Assembly: GCF_022045235.1 (NCBI RefSeq)
Contig: NW_027266283.1
Span: forward strand, 2,604,001 to 2,668,000
Length of the DNA: 64,000 nt
Direction of reading: 5' to 3'
Source of the DNA: Haliotis cracherodii
Lineage: Eukaryota
This document shows, piece by piece, positions 12,553-25,352 of the stretch. The notes under the pieces are model-generated. The model was not told the origin of the DNA, ran no database searches, and saw nothing but the letters and a program-made list of their open reading frames with translations. Each line of letters begins with the position of its first letter. The stretch's first letter is position 1. The position numbers and the translations under genes were made by a program.

Positions 12553-13843
12553 ACGTCAAACTGCTGAACTGCTTTGTTAAAACGTCACATAGAATGAACG
12601 TTTTGACACACACTAACTTAGATTCCCAATTGCGTTCGATTGGCTGTCGATATTCTGATGGTTATTTGACACTGACATTGTTGAGATAACACAGGACGAA
12701 AGAGTGATTTTAGGTGAGAGCAAGTCATAAATATAATAGCCAGGTTAATTTAGAATCGAATATGTATAACCCGAAGGGTAACATATATTGATACACGTAT
12801 TTCTCGATTGGGAAATAGTGATTTGTACCAATGAAAATCCACACAGAAAAAACATATGTCTTTCATGGTTTTACCTTTTTGGTGTGCATACCATTATGGT
12901 GCACACCAATATGATGATGTAGATATAGGTTCAGAAATTGTCGTTTAAGTTGTTGAAATGGTTTGTAAACTTTGGCAAAATGTTTTCACCTGCAGGTTCT
13001 GATATAACGCTATGAGACGGTTTAAAACACTATATTTATATGTCCCCTTCACAATGATCTGATTCAGTCTTTCCCGAGAAGAACTTGCATTCATCCATTG
13101 TAAAACCCTCACTATGACCGTCCAGAGTATAAATAAATCAGTCACATTGTCCCACACTGAGTAGTTGAAGGCTGTTGAATAGTGTAGGTGTATTGAAAGT
13201 TTCTCTAACTCTTGTTGAGTGAAAGGAGATATTATTAAAGTTATTCACAACAAATCTTCAACATTGGACACGAATTGATATGATTCTAGATCGACTGCTC
13301 GTGGCAGAGATTTCTTATGAATATGGAAAGGGTTTTGTCGCTTTTATTCACTTTGATTAAATCTTATTTAACAAGTAGTATATGAACTTCGAAAGTAACC
13401 AGGAGGTGCATAGAATATGTAAATGTACAATGTCAATGCAAAGGAGATTAACCAGTGTTGAATATCCCCCGAAGCAGATTCCACTTGGCGTAAGGGCAAT
13501 ATAGCTGTGACAGTTTTATGAATGGACTGGTGAAAATCAGTGATGACACCAGGTATTCTCAAATGGGTGTAAGTATGTCCAGATGCATTCACACCAGTTG
13601 CATCAACAAGCAAGTATTCATTACCTGACGCCGCACAGCCATGCGACGGCAGCCTGAAAACAAGCAATCAAGTGATAGATGAATCAGAAAACTGATCCAT
13701 TAAGAAAATGAAATTACGCCTACTTTGTACCCGTCTTTTGCTTATAAGTAAAGGAAAAAGTGTAAAGCATGTATTCGTTTTGCAACACACTGTGGAATAC
13801 AATTTAGACCACATTAACTCGAAATATTGTGACCACGGATGAA

Positions 13844-14125
13844 GAGTGAATGAGTGAGTTGGGTTTAACGCCGCTTTTAACAGTATTCCAGTTATATCAC
13901 GGCGTGACAGCTTAATGTGGGAGGCAAGCCCGAAGTGATGCAGGTCTCAGACGTTTACCACTTCGGTTAAACCCACGAGCACGGGTATGGTGCTGACAAA
14001 CCTAGAAACATAATCGGGGCGAGCCGGGATTCGAACCCACAATCATAGGTTTCTGGCGTGCCCAAGGGACGCAACTCTGCACAGCGAATCGCGGCGCCTT
14101 AGACGACTGGGCCACCCGTGCCCCC
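13844..14125 (-). mobile_element. tRNA-derived SINE family 2, full length
   Basis: A-box-like GGTGGCCCAGTCGTCTAAGG, B-box GGTTCGAATCC, central ...CTCCCACA motif and (CACT)n tail. Confidence 0.85.
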
Positions 14126-15083
14126 TAATTAACAAAGTGCCCCAACCCCCCTACGGATGAAGAACTTCTCCAATATGTAATTTTCACATACAATACAGAC
14201 AACTCAACAAATAGGGAACACGCTTATCAAAATCTTAAGATAAAGAGTGTCTTTTGATATCAAATTTATCAACACAAGTTGATGAAAGTGGAAAACGAGT
14301 GTTGATATATTTTATATCAAAAGATATAAGGGTGAGATTTGATTAATCATCCAACATCATACTTCCAAGTTCTTCAGTTTGTAGACAGTAATAAGCTGTG
14401 TCTTAAGTATACAAAGTACTGCAAACAGCTTTAGTAGAAGAGCCATTAGTGATGTCATTTGATTATGACGTCATGGTAACCAATGACAGCACAATGGTCT
14501 GCAAAGTATTGTGATGCAATTTCATTGCAGCGATATCTACAGTGTAGACATCGCTTGATCTCACCCAAGCAACATCACCTGTGGGAGCAAGTTTTAGCTG
14601 ATAAATTTCAATAATAGGCTAGTAATTATTATAACATATCACAGTTTTAGCATTACTTTTGCACCCGAACATACACAGCACTTACTATTTTCTACAAAAA
14701 CATCGCTCTAAATTTGCAGTAGTATTTATTTCTATCAATACAAATGAGAAGGTGTATAATATATGACTGTTGTTTTATTATTTCTATAAGGTGTGTGTGG
14801 GGGGTGGGGGGGTGTGGGGGTGAGATGATTGTTGTTGTTTTCTTATTCTAAGAACTTTCATGTTCCATAAAACAACACTGTTGTCAAATTCAATGTTTAT
14901 TATGTTGTAATGAATGATAAAATTATGCAATGCTAAAACTACGGTTCAAATGATAATGGGAGTGTCTGTGGATCTAAATACAGTGAGCAGCCATCAGATA
15001 ATTCATATTGGCATGCGGAGCATCGGCACGGCAGTGTATTACACATGATCATTAAATTGTCGATAAGATTGTGCGAATATATA

Positions 15084-17180
15084 TTATTTGGGAAGAAATT
15101 TCTTCAGATTCAGTATTTTCTTCCTTTCAAACGAGTCGTCAATGCCAAAGGCTTTAAGTTCATCCTCGTTGAGCTGAGACAATAAATCACCATCAATGAC
15201 ATGTGTCTGGAATAGTGGAATGTGTTTCTCTAGCTTCTTCTCCTGTAGGAGACCATTAATGTCCTCCTCAGAGATGTCCGAAAGAGCTGGAATGCAAACC
15301 TAGTAGTAAATATATTTCATAATAAAAGCCCAAACCCACACGTTATGTCACGTTGAAGCTCTCTGATGGTTTTCATGTTACACAATGAAACAGTATCTCA
15401 CTGTGGTGCCGTTTAAAAAAATATTGTTTATCAGTTTTCTTATAAACGATTTATGAGAAGCGTGTTTCTTTAAGATCAGTGATTCTGTATTAATAGCATT
15501 CCGTCTCAGGAGCATCTATGAATACATTTTGAAGGATACTGATTTGTAGTGCAGAAGTAAACATGATTCTTCTTATAAGTTAAATAAATACGGGTGCAGA
15601 ATTTCGTTTTTGAAACGTTGGAGCTTTTCCGCAAAGATCATAGCTTATTATATTTCGGCTATCAATGAAGTATTGATCCTGGAATGATAGATCAGCTGTT
15701 CAAAGTTTTATGTAACACAGATGATAAACAGTAATTTACTTTTTCCTTCGAAGTATCCAATGGGTCCTGATCTTTGCCCTGTGATTCCTCCTTGATCCAC
15801 AGATGCGCCTCGCATGTCCTGCCCACCTACGACGCCTTGGGCATTTCCAATGTGGTACGTTTGCTGCCTGTTTTCTGGAATGAAATGTTAATGATGATTA
15901 GATCAATGTGTAGAGATAGGAAACCAATTCAGTTAATTTTTAAATTCGATATCAAATTAGATTATGTTTCTTGATTTTATTTGCTACATGTGATGGATGC
16001 AAGGCCAACCATATTAGCCTCATCATGTGGGAGGATTGGTTCCTGCCAATCGCTATCCTCATTTGGTCTTTATTATTTGTTTTGTCACTGCAACTAACAC
16101 ATTGACCAATTGCTGATTCATAGTTTTAAAGAGACCTCTTATCAATATGGAAAGGGTTTATAAGGGTTTGTATATAACTTATAATTATTCAATATTCAAA
16201 ATATGTTGCAATACCTTTTTAGCCGAAAACACGAGAACAATGGACTAATTAAAATTTAGGGACAACAAAGAGCTAGACTCTGGCTCCCTTCTTTCATCTA
16301 CTGTCACATGATAAGTGCATAGCAATGAGAGCTGCTATGACATAATAATGACGCTTGCTATAGAACCAAATCTTTCAAGGCGTTCTTAATTGTCTTAAAC
16401 CAGAAACCTATGATTGTGGGTTCGAATCCCGGTTCGCCCCGATTATGTTTCTAGGTTTGTCAGCACCATACCCGTGACCGTGGGTTTCACCGAACAAATC
16501 TTTCAAGGCGTTCTTAATTGTCTTAAAAGGTGCTACACACTGTCAGTGCAACTTGAGTATAATGATGTTTTAAAATTATGTTTGAGCACACGCGAATGTC
16601 CAGGGCCATATTTCTTTTAAAGACAACTATAGGTGTTTCATTTATTCAGATCGAAAAGAAGCTCAAGACATAGGACCACTAACATAGTATTTTTCCCAAA
16701 CAAACAAAGTGATCCCGTTTATTTTATGTATTGTAGAAAGGAGATAAGCGTACAATGTTCGTAATGCTGGCAATGTTAGCCATGTTATGCTGTATATCCT
16801 TTTCCAAGTTCAATTTAGCCCTGTTAAAACAGTATTCTTGTCTTCTATTTAAATCCAATCAATAACAAAATATTCTTGCCAAATTATGTATATATGTCTT
16901 TTCTTTTACCACATTAATGTATGACATTTCTTATGAATCTGTGTTTTTTTTAAGTATTTGAATCTTTAAAAGGAACATTTCAAAATATGACATCGAAATG
17001 AACAGCAATGGGATATAACCACAGGACACTTAAGTCTATTTTACAAATCTCTTTCAGTTGACTACCTTGGTTGTGGTTGGTAGTGGAGGTATTACCCATC
17101 CCGCCGTGGACGAAACCAGCCATATTTGACGTTTCTGTCGTGCCTTCACCTCCCTTCATTGTGATATCATACTTTGACAT
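15084..17180 (-). CDS. G4: chimeric gene, MSKYD motif-alpha + motif-beta(A) + SAM(A), 150 aa
   Basis: Exons 17180-17066 (MSKYDITMKGGEGTTETSNMAGFVHGGMGNTSTTNHNQ), 15874-15740 (ENRQQTYHIGNAQGVVGGQDMRGASVDQGGITGQRSGPIGYFEGK) and 15286-15084 (TLSDISEEDINGLLQEKKLEKHIPLFQTHVIDGDLLSQLNEDELKAFGIDDSFERKKILNLKKFLPK*); 453 nt open. Non-coding exon donor at 17450. Confidence 0.78.
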
Positions 17181-18187
17181 TTTGTAATCTGAATAAAAAA
17201 AGATAAACAACTATGATATGCAATATAACTGCCCAAAATTGCAACAGGCTTCTCTCGTGGTTTTTCATCTTCTAACTGTTGTGTCCTTTTGACAAACTGG
17301 ACAACAAACAAACAAATTAGATTACGAACTGTGTCTACATGGTGGCTATATACAAGCGGAAGACATGCTTTTTTCTTATTTATACTCAGCCGTTGGTGGG
17401 TTTAAACTTTAATAACACAGAGCTGTGTATGACAAGGAAGTCAACCTACCTTGAATCTGAAGGGCCCTTCGCGTTATGAGCATCACTATCATTCCCGGTA
17501 TAACATGTTAACATATTGACATGGATCTAGTTATAGCCATATTTCTCGGGAATACGTTCCTTAAATGACGCAAGGTTATGAATAGTATGACAGGAAGACA
17601 ACTCAAGCTTTACGTCTGATGAGGTATTATCACCATATAACACCATGTTTTACGTTACAAATAGGTCATAGATATCTAGGCTGATGTCAGGCAGAAAGAG
17701 CAGGGTTGTGTATCGCTAGTGTCAACTTACGGATTGATATTGAACAGCAAACGTTTCGGTTTTACTATGAATGAACTGTATACCCATTGGACGACCCATA
17801 TTGATGCGGTCTGTTCATCTGATGTGTGCTCATGATGTAATATGCAATTATAAAATTTCAATGCAAAAAAATGCACCCCTGATTATCCACCGAAAAATGT
17901 TTTGCCTAAAGGGCAAAATAGCTGTGAAGCTTATATGAATGGACCATTTAAAATCAGTGATGTGACACCAGGCGTTTGCGAAAAGAGTAAGTATGTCCTG
18001 CCCCACCAGTAGCATTAATTATCATAAAATGCTACATTTTCAGCATGACGTTTTCGCATTCTACAAATTTCATTTTCTACAGATAGTCATTCTTCAGTTG
18101 AAGTAGGGGGGTACGGGGGGCAGTAGTCTAAGGAGTCACGATATGGCTGAAATATTGCCGATGTGACTTTAAATTTCAACTCACTCC

Positions 18188-18429
18188 CTCAGTCGTCTTA
18201 GTCGCCGTTATTCACTGTGCAGAGTTGCGTCCCTTGGGCACGCCAGAAAGCTATGGTTGTGGGTTTGAATCCCCGTTCGCCCCAATTATGTTTCTAGGTT
18301 TGTCAGCACCGTACCCGTGCTCGTGGGTTTCACCGAAGTGGTAAACGTCTGAGACATTAAGCTGACACGCTGTGATATAACTGGAATACTGTTGAAAGCG
18401 GCGTTAAGCCCAACTCACTCACTCACTCA
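18188..18429 (+). mobile_element. SINE family 2 (duplicated at 27799-28040)
   Basis: Same body and (CACT)n tail as 13844-14125. Confidence 0.8.
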
Positions 18430-18727
18430 GTTGAAGTACTAATGAATGAATGCTAATGGGAACGGGGATAGTATGATTGTTGTTTACTTATTCACAGAAC
18501 TTTCATGTTCCATATAACAACACTGTTTTTAGATCTAATATTTATTGTGTAATGATGGATGATAGCATGAGGCAATGCAAAATCTACTCTTCAAATGATA
18601 AACAAAGAGTATGTTGATCCAACTACAGTGAGAAGCCTTTTGATAGTTCATAATGGCATTTATAGCATTGACAAGGATAATCTATTACATATGATCTTTT
18701 AACAGTCGAGATGGTTGAGCGAATATA

Positions 18728-20172
18728 TTATTGAGGAAGATATTTCTTCAGATTCAGTATTTTCTTCCTTTCAAACGAGTCGTCAATCCCAAAGTTTGCT
18801 TTGAGTTCATCCTCGTTGAGCTGAGACAATAAATCCCCATCAATGCCATGTTTCTCGAACAGTGGAATGTGTTTTTCTAGCTTCTTCTCCCGTAAGAGAC
18901 CAACAATGTCCTCCTCAGAGATGTCCGAACGAGCTGGAATGCAAACGGAGTCGTAAATATATTTCATAATAAAAGCCAAAACCCAAAGGTTACGTCACGT
19001 TGAAGCCTTACTGATGGTTTCAATGTCACACAGTGTTATCAGTTATTTTTAAACAATTTATGATAAGCATATTTCCTTAAGATCAGTGATTCTGTATTAA
19101 TACTACTCCGTCTCAGGAGCATCTATGAATACTTTTTGAAGGACACTTATTTGTAGTGTAGAAAAGATTAATTTTCGCTTGTACATAATTTCGTTTTAGA
19201 AACGTTGGAGCCTTTCAGCAAAGATATGTACATAGCTAATCATATTTCGGTTCCCAATGAAGTATTGATCCCGGAATGAAATATCAGCGGTTCAAAGATT
19301 CATATAACACAGCAGATTAACAGAAATGTTATAATTACCTTTGCCTTTGAAGTATCCAATGGGTCCTGATTTTTGCCCTGTGATTCCTCCTTGATCCACA
19401 GATGCGCCTCGCATGTCCTGCCCACCTACGACGCCGTGTGCATTTCCAATATTGTATGTTTGCTGCCTGTTTTCTGGAATGAATTATTACTGATATCGAT
19501 GATGATTTCAATGTGTGGAGATAAAAAACCGATTGAGTCAATTGTCTAATTCAAATGGTATTACGTTTCTTGATTTTATTGATACTTGGATGAAAGACCA
19601 ACCATATTAACATGGTAATGTATAAGGATCTGTTCCAGCGAATCCATAAACTCACCAATAGATCCCATTTGGCCGTTATTAATGCCGTTGACGACAGAAT
19701 TTTCAACCTCAGCATTTCCCTTGGCACCCGTCACCTCCATGCTGCTTACATCTGGTGAATATATGAAATATTACTTATGCATACATGATTAACCTTCTAT
19801 AAGATTATAATAATAGTAATACTTAAAAATGAAAAAAAGTTCTTTTCCATAATCATATCATGAGCTGACACAATCAAATGCTTCGGGGGCGGTCGGGTAG
19901 CCTAGTGGTTAAAGCGTTCGCTCGTCACGCCGAAGACCCAGCTACGAACTGGCTATGTAGGACAGCCAGACTTTAGCATAACAACTTGTCCATATACAGT
20001 GTATGTGTTATTCAATTATTGTTTGTTATTTTAAGCGACTACATCAAACGATAAATAAACAATTCATACCTTTCTGTGGTGGAAGTTTTCCGTTACTGTT
20101 TTGAATCCCAGTAACGCTTGAGTTCTTTATTTTTGCGTTTCCGTCTGCCCCTGTCACGGTAATTGTGGCCAT
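18728..20172 (-). CDS. G5: two motif-alpha exons + motif-beta(A) + SAM(A), complete, 179 aa
   Basis: Exons 20172-20070 (MATITVTGADGNAKIKNSSVTGIQNSNGKLPPQK), 19751-19656 (DVSSMEVTGAKGNAEVENSVVNGINNGQMGSI), 19473-19339 (ENRQQTYNIGNAHGVVGGQDMRGASVDQGGITGQKSGPIGYFKGK) and 18933-18728 (ARSDISEEDIVGLLREKKLEKHIPLFEKHGIDGDLLSQLNEDELKANFGIDDSFERKKILNLKKYLPQ*). 540 nt, canonical phase-1 introns, in-frame TAA two codons before the ATG. Confidence 0.88.
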
Positions 20173-20282
20173 TGTTTAACCTGTAATATAACAGATCCTT
20201 CGGATTATGACCACAGTGGTGTACCATTTACAGACAGTTCTCAAACCTCGTTTATCCCAAAGTCGACTTGTCCTGTAAGAAG

Positions 20283-20540
20283 AGACCCGTGAAGATCCGG
20301 GGTAGAATAGGTCTTCAGCAACCCATGCTTGCCGTAAAAGGCGACTATGCTTGTCGTAGGAGGCGACTAACGGGATCGGGTGGACTCGCTGACTTAGTTG
20401 ATGCATGTCATCGATCCCAATTGTGTGGATCGATGCTCATCCATCACTGGATTGTCTGGTCGAGACTCGATTATTTACAGACCGCCGTCATATAACTGGA
20501 ATATTGCTGAGTGCGGCGTAAAACAACCAGCCAACCAACT
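20283..20540 (+). mobile_element. SINE family 1 (duplicated at 29891-30152)
   Basis: Homologous to 9680-9940. Confidence 0.85.
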
Positions 20541-21479
20541 GTAAGAAGGTGAAACTTCGTGTCCCCACACCAGACCTGATAACAGTGGTGCTTGACATAC
20601 AGGCTACAGATGCCGTGTATCGTAAGGCCCCAGGATTTGTGTCATTGGACGTTTTGAAGTGGTTGTGCTTGGTTGTGTTGAAGTTACATGTTCAATAAAA
20701 GCAGAATGTCCATAAACGACTTTTTAATCCGTAAAATATTTGTTAAATATACCAAACTGCATACTCTGATGACATTACAATTGAACATTAACAATTAGTG
20801 TTTGTGTGATTGGGATAATTCCAACATTTCAACTACATCGGTTATAATATGTTCTTACACTGTACTGAGTTTCAAATCCTTAATAAAAGCCTCCTCATTT
20901 AATTACTTTGAATAATTGCTCATGAAATAAAGTATTACCTTTGTGTGGACGAATATCATGAACGTCTGGTTTCTTTGTAGGTTTAGCGATGTGACAGTTT
21001 TCTATAGTGTTGACTTTATTGATTTCTTATGACATGGACTTATTTTTATTTCCATGACGTGGATCTACTTTTCTCAGGGAACGCCCATGTCATTTCTCGT
21101 AAAATATTTCCAACACCAACTCCAAAATTAGATTTTCCATTTCGGACAGGTTACCACTCGCATTGACTATCAACGCTTTTGAAATTTGATCAGTTGCCAA
21201 CAAATGTACATGCAGAAAAAAATCTGTTGGTGACAGGGATCTAATTTTAGTGTCCTGTGCGAAACGATTTTCAGAATGTAAAAATTGGGTCAAATGTTTG
21301 ACTGGTGAGTGAGTGAGTGAGTGGGTGGGTTGTGTCGGTCGATTGAGAGAGTGAGTGAGTGATGTTACGGTTGCCTGAAGACAATAGTGTCCCGGAAATC
21401 ATGAGAAACGATCCATGCTAACGGTGACCCGCATGCACCAAGCCCCGTCACATCGTCTGACCGGGTTATAATTGCTCTT

Positions 21480-21700
21480 TAGCAAGCCATGCTTGTCTTA
21501 GGGAGCACCTATTCTTGCAAGAAGCGACTAACGGTATCGGGTGGTCATGTTCGCTGACTTGGTTAATGCAGGTTATTGCTCAGATCGATGTTCATGATGT
21601 CAATCAATGGATTGTCTGGTCCACCTGATTATTTGCAGACCGTCGTCATATAGCTGTGATATTTCTGAGTGCGGCATTAAGCAACAAACAAATAAATAAT
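21480..21700 (+). mobile_element. SINE family 1, diverged (duplicated at ~31090-31310; partial copy 23170-23298)
   Basis: gcgactaacggtatcgggtggtca...gagtgcggcattaagcaacaaac. Confidence 0.75.
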
Positions 21701-22085
21701 GGACAAACCCTTCACATTAACACACTTGAAATAAAATAAAGCCTTAAGCGCGGACCTACCTGGAGGCCTGTTGTAACAACAAAAAACAAACAAACACAGA
21801 GCCGGATCAATCTATCCCAAATTAAATCCGCAATCATGCTTGAAAACACAACAGTGATGCATACATTGAAGTAAATAGATATTATTTATTTAAAATATGA
21901 GTCGATGAAAATCAGGTAACGAATATGTACTTTGATTAAAACAATTAATCGTTTGATGTCATGAATGACAGTTGATAACACTGAAGCCACAAAGATTGTC
22001 ATCGTTCATGGTCCATGTCATGTCGTGAGATGGTGAAGGATGAAGCATAGTGGACCCGAATGATAGGCGAACATCAATGGGGCAG

Positions 22086-23423
22086 TCAACTAGATTTCTT
22101 GGAACGATTTTCGAGAATTGTGTTTATCTTCATTTTATCTAGGGGTGACGTGACACCGAGCGCTTCCAAAACGCCCTCTTCTAAAAGTTTCACAAAGTAT
22201 TTGCCGTCAATGCCATTTTCCTCAAATGTTTTTCTCGTGGGTCCAGGAAAACGCTCTCTGGTCATCAGATCCTGAACATCTTCAACCGTCTTCAGCTCCA
22301 AGGCTGGACCTGGAACCGTGGTAAACAGTACATGTTACCATATGATTCGACATGTGTGTTAAATCATATATACGTTAAACAACATCCTGGTTTAGAGATA
22401 TACCCCTTATGCCGGATAACAATACATATATGTACATGAACTAACCGACAAAAGACAAGTGAAAACCATCGATGGTGGTTAAAACATGAAAAACTACTCA
22501 TATTCAAGAGATATGAGATTGGTTCCATGCACAAACGAACATACTTGTATATCGTGAAGAGCCGGGGTAGAATAGCTCTTCGGCAACCCATGCTTGCAGC
22601 GACTATGCTTGTCGTAAAAGGCGACTAACGGGATCGGGTGGTCAGGCTCGCTCAGGGAACGCCCATGTCATTTCTCGGAAAATATTTCCAACAACAACTC
22701 CAAAATTAGATTTTGGACAGGCTACCACTCGCATTGACTGTCAACACTTTTGAAATTTGATCAGTAGCCAACAAATGTACATGCAGAATTTTTGTTGTTG
22801 GTGACAATGATCTAATTTAAGTGCGAAACGATTTTCAGAATGTAAAAATTGGGTCAAGTGTTAGATAACAAAGCCAGGTGACGTTTTTTTTCAAATCAAA
22901 AGGTCTAATGATGATGCACGTGGTACGTCACTCACGTACACATATTCAGTCATAGTTTCACGTTTGACATGTCCTTGCATGTGTTTGTGACGGGAAGGCT
23001 CATCTTTTTGCGATCACCTAAAATTCATTCGGGGACATGACTGGTGAGTGAGTGAGTGAGTGGCTGGGTTGTGTGGGTGGATTGAGTGAGTGAGTGAGTC
23101 ATGTTACGGTTGCCTGCAGACAATACTGTCCCAGAAATCATCGTCACATCGCCTCACCGGGATACAATTGCTCTTCAGCAACCCATGTTTGCCTTTGGGA
23201 GCAACTACTCTTGGAAGAAGTGACTAACGGGGTCGGGTGGTCAGGCTTGCCCAATTGCGTGGATCTATGAACATGATATCGATCACTGGATTGTTTGGAC
23301 AAGCCTTACCTCTTGTGCCACCAGCTTCAGGTTGGACACCGCATGAAGCAACCATGTTCCCGCTGTGGTTATCACCTGTGGCAATATTACCTATATTACC
23401 TTGGTTTGTAATTTGTCGATTTC
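22086..23423 (-). pseudogene. G6: patchwork of motif-beta(B) exon + SAM(D) exon, own first coding exon lost (may be used by G7)
   Basis: Exons 23423-23310 (GNRQITNQGNIGNIATGDNHSGNMVASCGVQPEAGGTR) and 22309-22086 (GPALELKTVEDVQDLMTRERFPGPTRKTFEENGIDGKYFVKLLEEGVLEALGVTSPLDKMKINTILENRSKKSS*), both intact. Only the donor remnant of the MSKYD exon survives at ~24296-24300. Confidence 0.65.
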
Positions 23424-24300
23424 CTGGAATGTAAAATGTACATACTATTACATATTGGGATTGAATATAAATTACTGTCAATACTTGTAAGTATTTTACA
23501 ACGAATGAGCTCTGTAGTTCTTAGCAGATATTTCTTCTTGTTGCTTTTGTTTATTATAATTTTATATTCAATGCATGAAAGGGAATACATTTTCGGCAGA
23601 AAACACATTAGAAGTCGACTAAGTTTTGGGGAAAACAGAGAGCTGGGACTTCTCTACAGCGGATTGCGACGAAGCAAATGTTTTCAATGTGCATTGTGAC
23701 TACATTTCTGTGGCTTGTGCAATAGAGCTTAACCTTTCAAGGCCTGCTAAATTGTATTTAGACGTACTCACTTTGCGTTAACAAGTAGCAATGCGTGTCG
23801 TAAATGCGACTTCAGGATAACAAATACTAAAGTACATGTTGTGAGACATTAAATCGTCTGTTCTTGTACTCCAACTCTCATCACAAGGCCATGTTGACGG
23901 TCACAAAAGTATAGGATGAAAATGAAGAAAATATTTTTGTACATACTGGTATACATCTAGTTAGGACAATGATTATTATTCGATAATGACCATCTTCCGT
24001 CATATGATTATGTGTTTAATGGAAAATAATTGTGAATACCGGGTGCCAAAATTATGGTTGAAGGACTATTATGTTTTGTTCCTCGTTAAATCAGTTAATA
24101 ATTATATACCAATAACGATTTATTCATAAATAATGAATAAATATCATGGGTTTTTTTCTTCACATTAAAGTGTAATATATAGTCGGTGTTATTGAAAACA
24201 GTATTTAATGGACATTTCAATTAACACAACATTGTAATAAAAATGCAGAATACACTAAACCTATTTTATTAGTCGTGAATATTTTTTACGTTGACTACCT

Positions 24301-24678
24301 ACGAAACTTTGCATGTCTATCAGACTCATGCTGAACTGGTGCCTTTTGATATTTAGCACTTTGAGTATTTTATTGTTTATGTTTCCATGACAACAGGTTG
24401 GACTTAGGTTCTATTATAGGGTGGGTTCACTTATGGAGTATAACAAATAAACTGTTAAATATTTCCTTGCCAAACATTGCATGTCTATATATAAAGCACA
24501 TACTGAACTGGTGCCATTTGATATTAAGGAGTTTTAGAAATGTATATTTTAGAATTTCCTTTACAGCTATTTTGACATGGGCTTAGAGAAATGTTGGGTC
24601 ATTTACCTGGTTTGGGACCATAACGTGTTAAAATAGGCGGGGGATATAGATGACTTCGTCGACTATACGCTTGTTTCT
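24301..24678. mobile_element. Inserted repeat (possibly a non-autonomous Helitron/Helentron-type element) replacing the MSKYD exon
   Basis: Absent from G1 at the same position; has an internal imperfect tandem repeat (gcatgtctat...ctgaactggtgcc.tttgatatt) and a ggcggggga...cttgtt end. Confidence 0.45.
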
Positions 24679-25352
24679 TATAATATCAAAGCCGTTGGAT
24701 TAGTTTTAAACTTAAAAAACACAGATCTGTGTATGACAAGAACGTTAACCTACCTTGCTTCTGAAGGGCTCTTCATGCAATGAGCCTCGCTATCACCTAC
24801 CCGGTATTACATATTAACATATTGACATGGATCTATTTATAACAACTTTCCTGGAGAATTCCTTCCGTAAATGACCAACGAGATGAAACGCAACGCAAAT
24901 GAGATGATTGTTGTTGTTTTCTTCTTCTCAGATAAAAGCCCAAACCCACACGTTATGTCAAGTTGAAGCTCTCTGATGGTTTTCATGTTACACAATGAAA
25001 CAGTATGTCACTGTGGCGCTGGTTAAAAAATATTGTTTATCAGTTTTCTTATAAACGATTTAGGAGAAGCGTGTTTCTTTAAGATCTGTGTTTCTGTATT
25101 AATAGCATTCCGTCTCAGGAGCATCTATGAATACATTTTGAAGGATACGTATTTATATTGCAGAAGTAAAGATTCATTTTCATATTCATAGTTAAAATAA
25201 ATACGGGTGCAGAATTTCGTTTTGGAAAGGTTTGAGCTTTTCCGCAAAGATCATAGCTTATCATATTTCGGCTATCAATGAAGTATTGATCCCAGAATGA
25301 TAGATCAGCTGTTCAAAGTTTCATGTAACACAGATGATTAACAGTAATTTAC

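Larger units (their letters stand above)
9856..15900 (+). repeat. Segmental duplicate of 1-~5230
   Basis: Colinear homology. Differences: ~1.25 kb deleted at ~11030, a LINE inserted at 11102-12552, and ~460 bp (14070-14530) absent from the first copy. Confidence 0.9.

Noticed and set aside
19335-19541. Arg-rich ORF (…CTRRRRWAGHARR…), also at 28946-29152
   Set aside because: Wrong frame of the betaA exon; splice phase and paralogue conservation support the ENRQQTYNIG frame.
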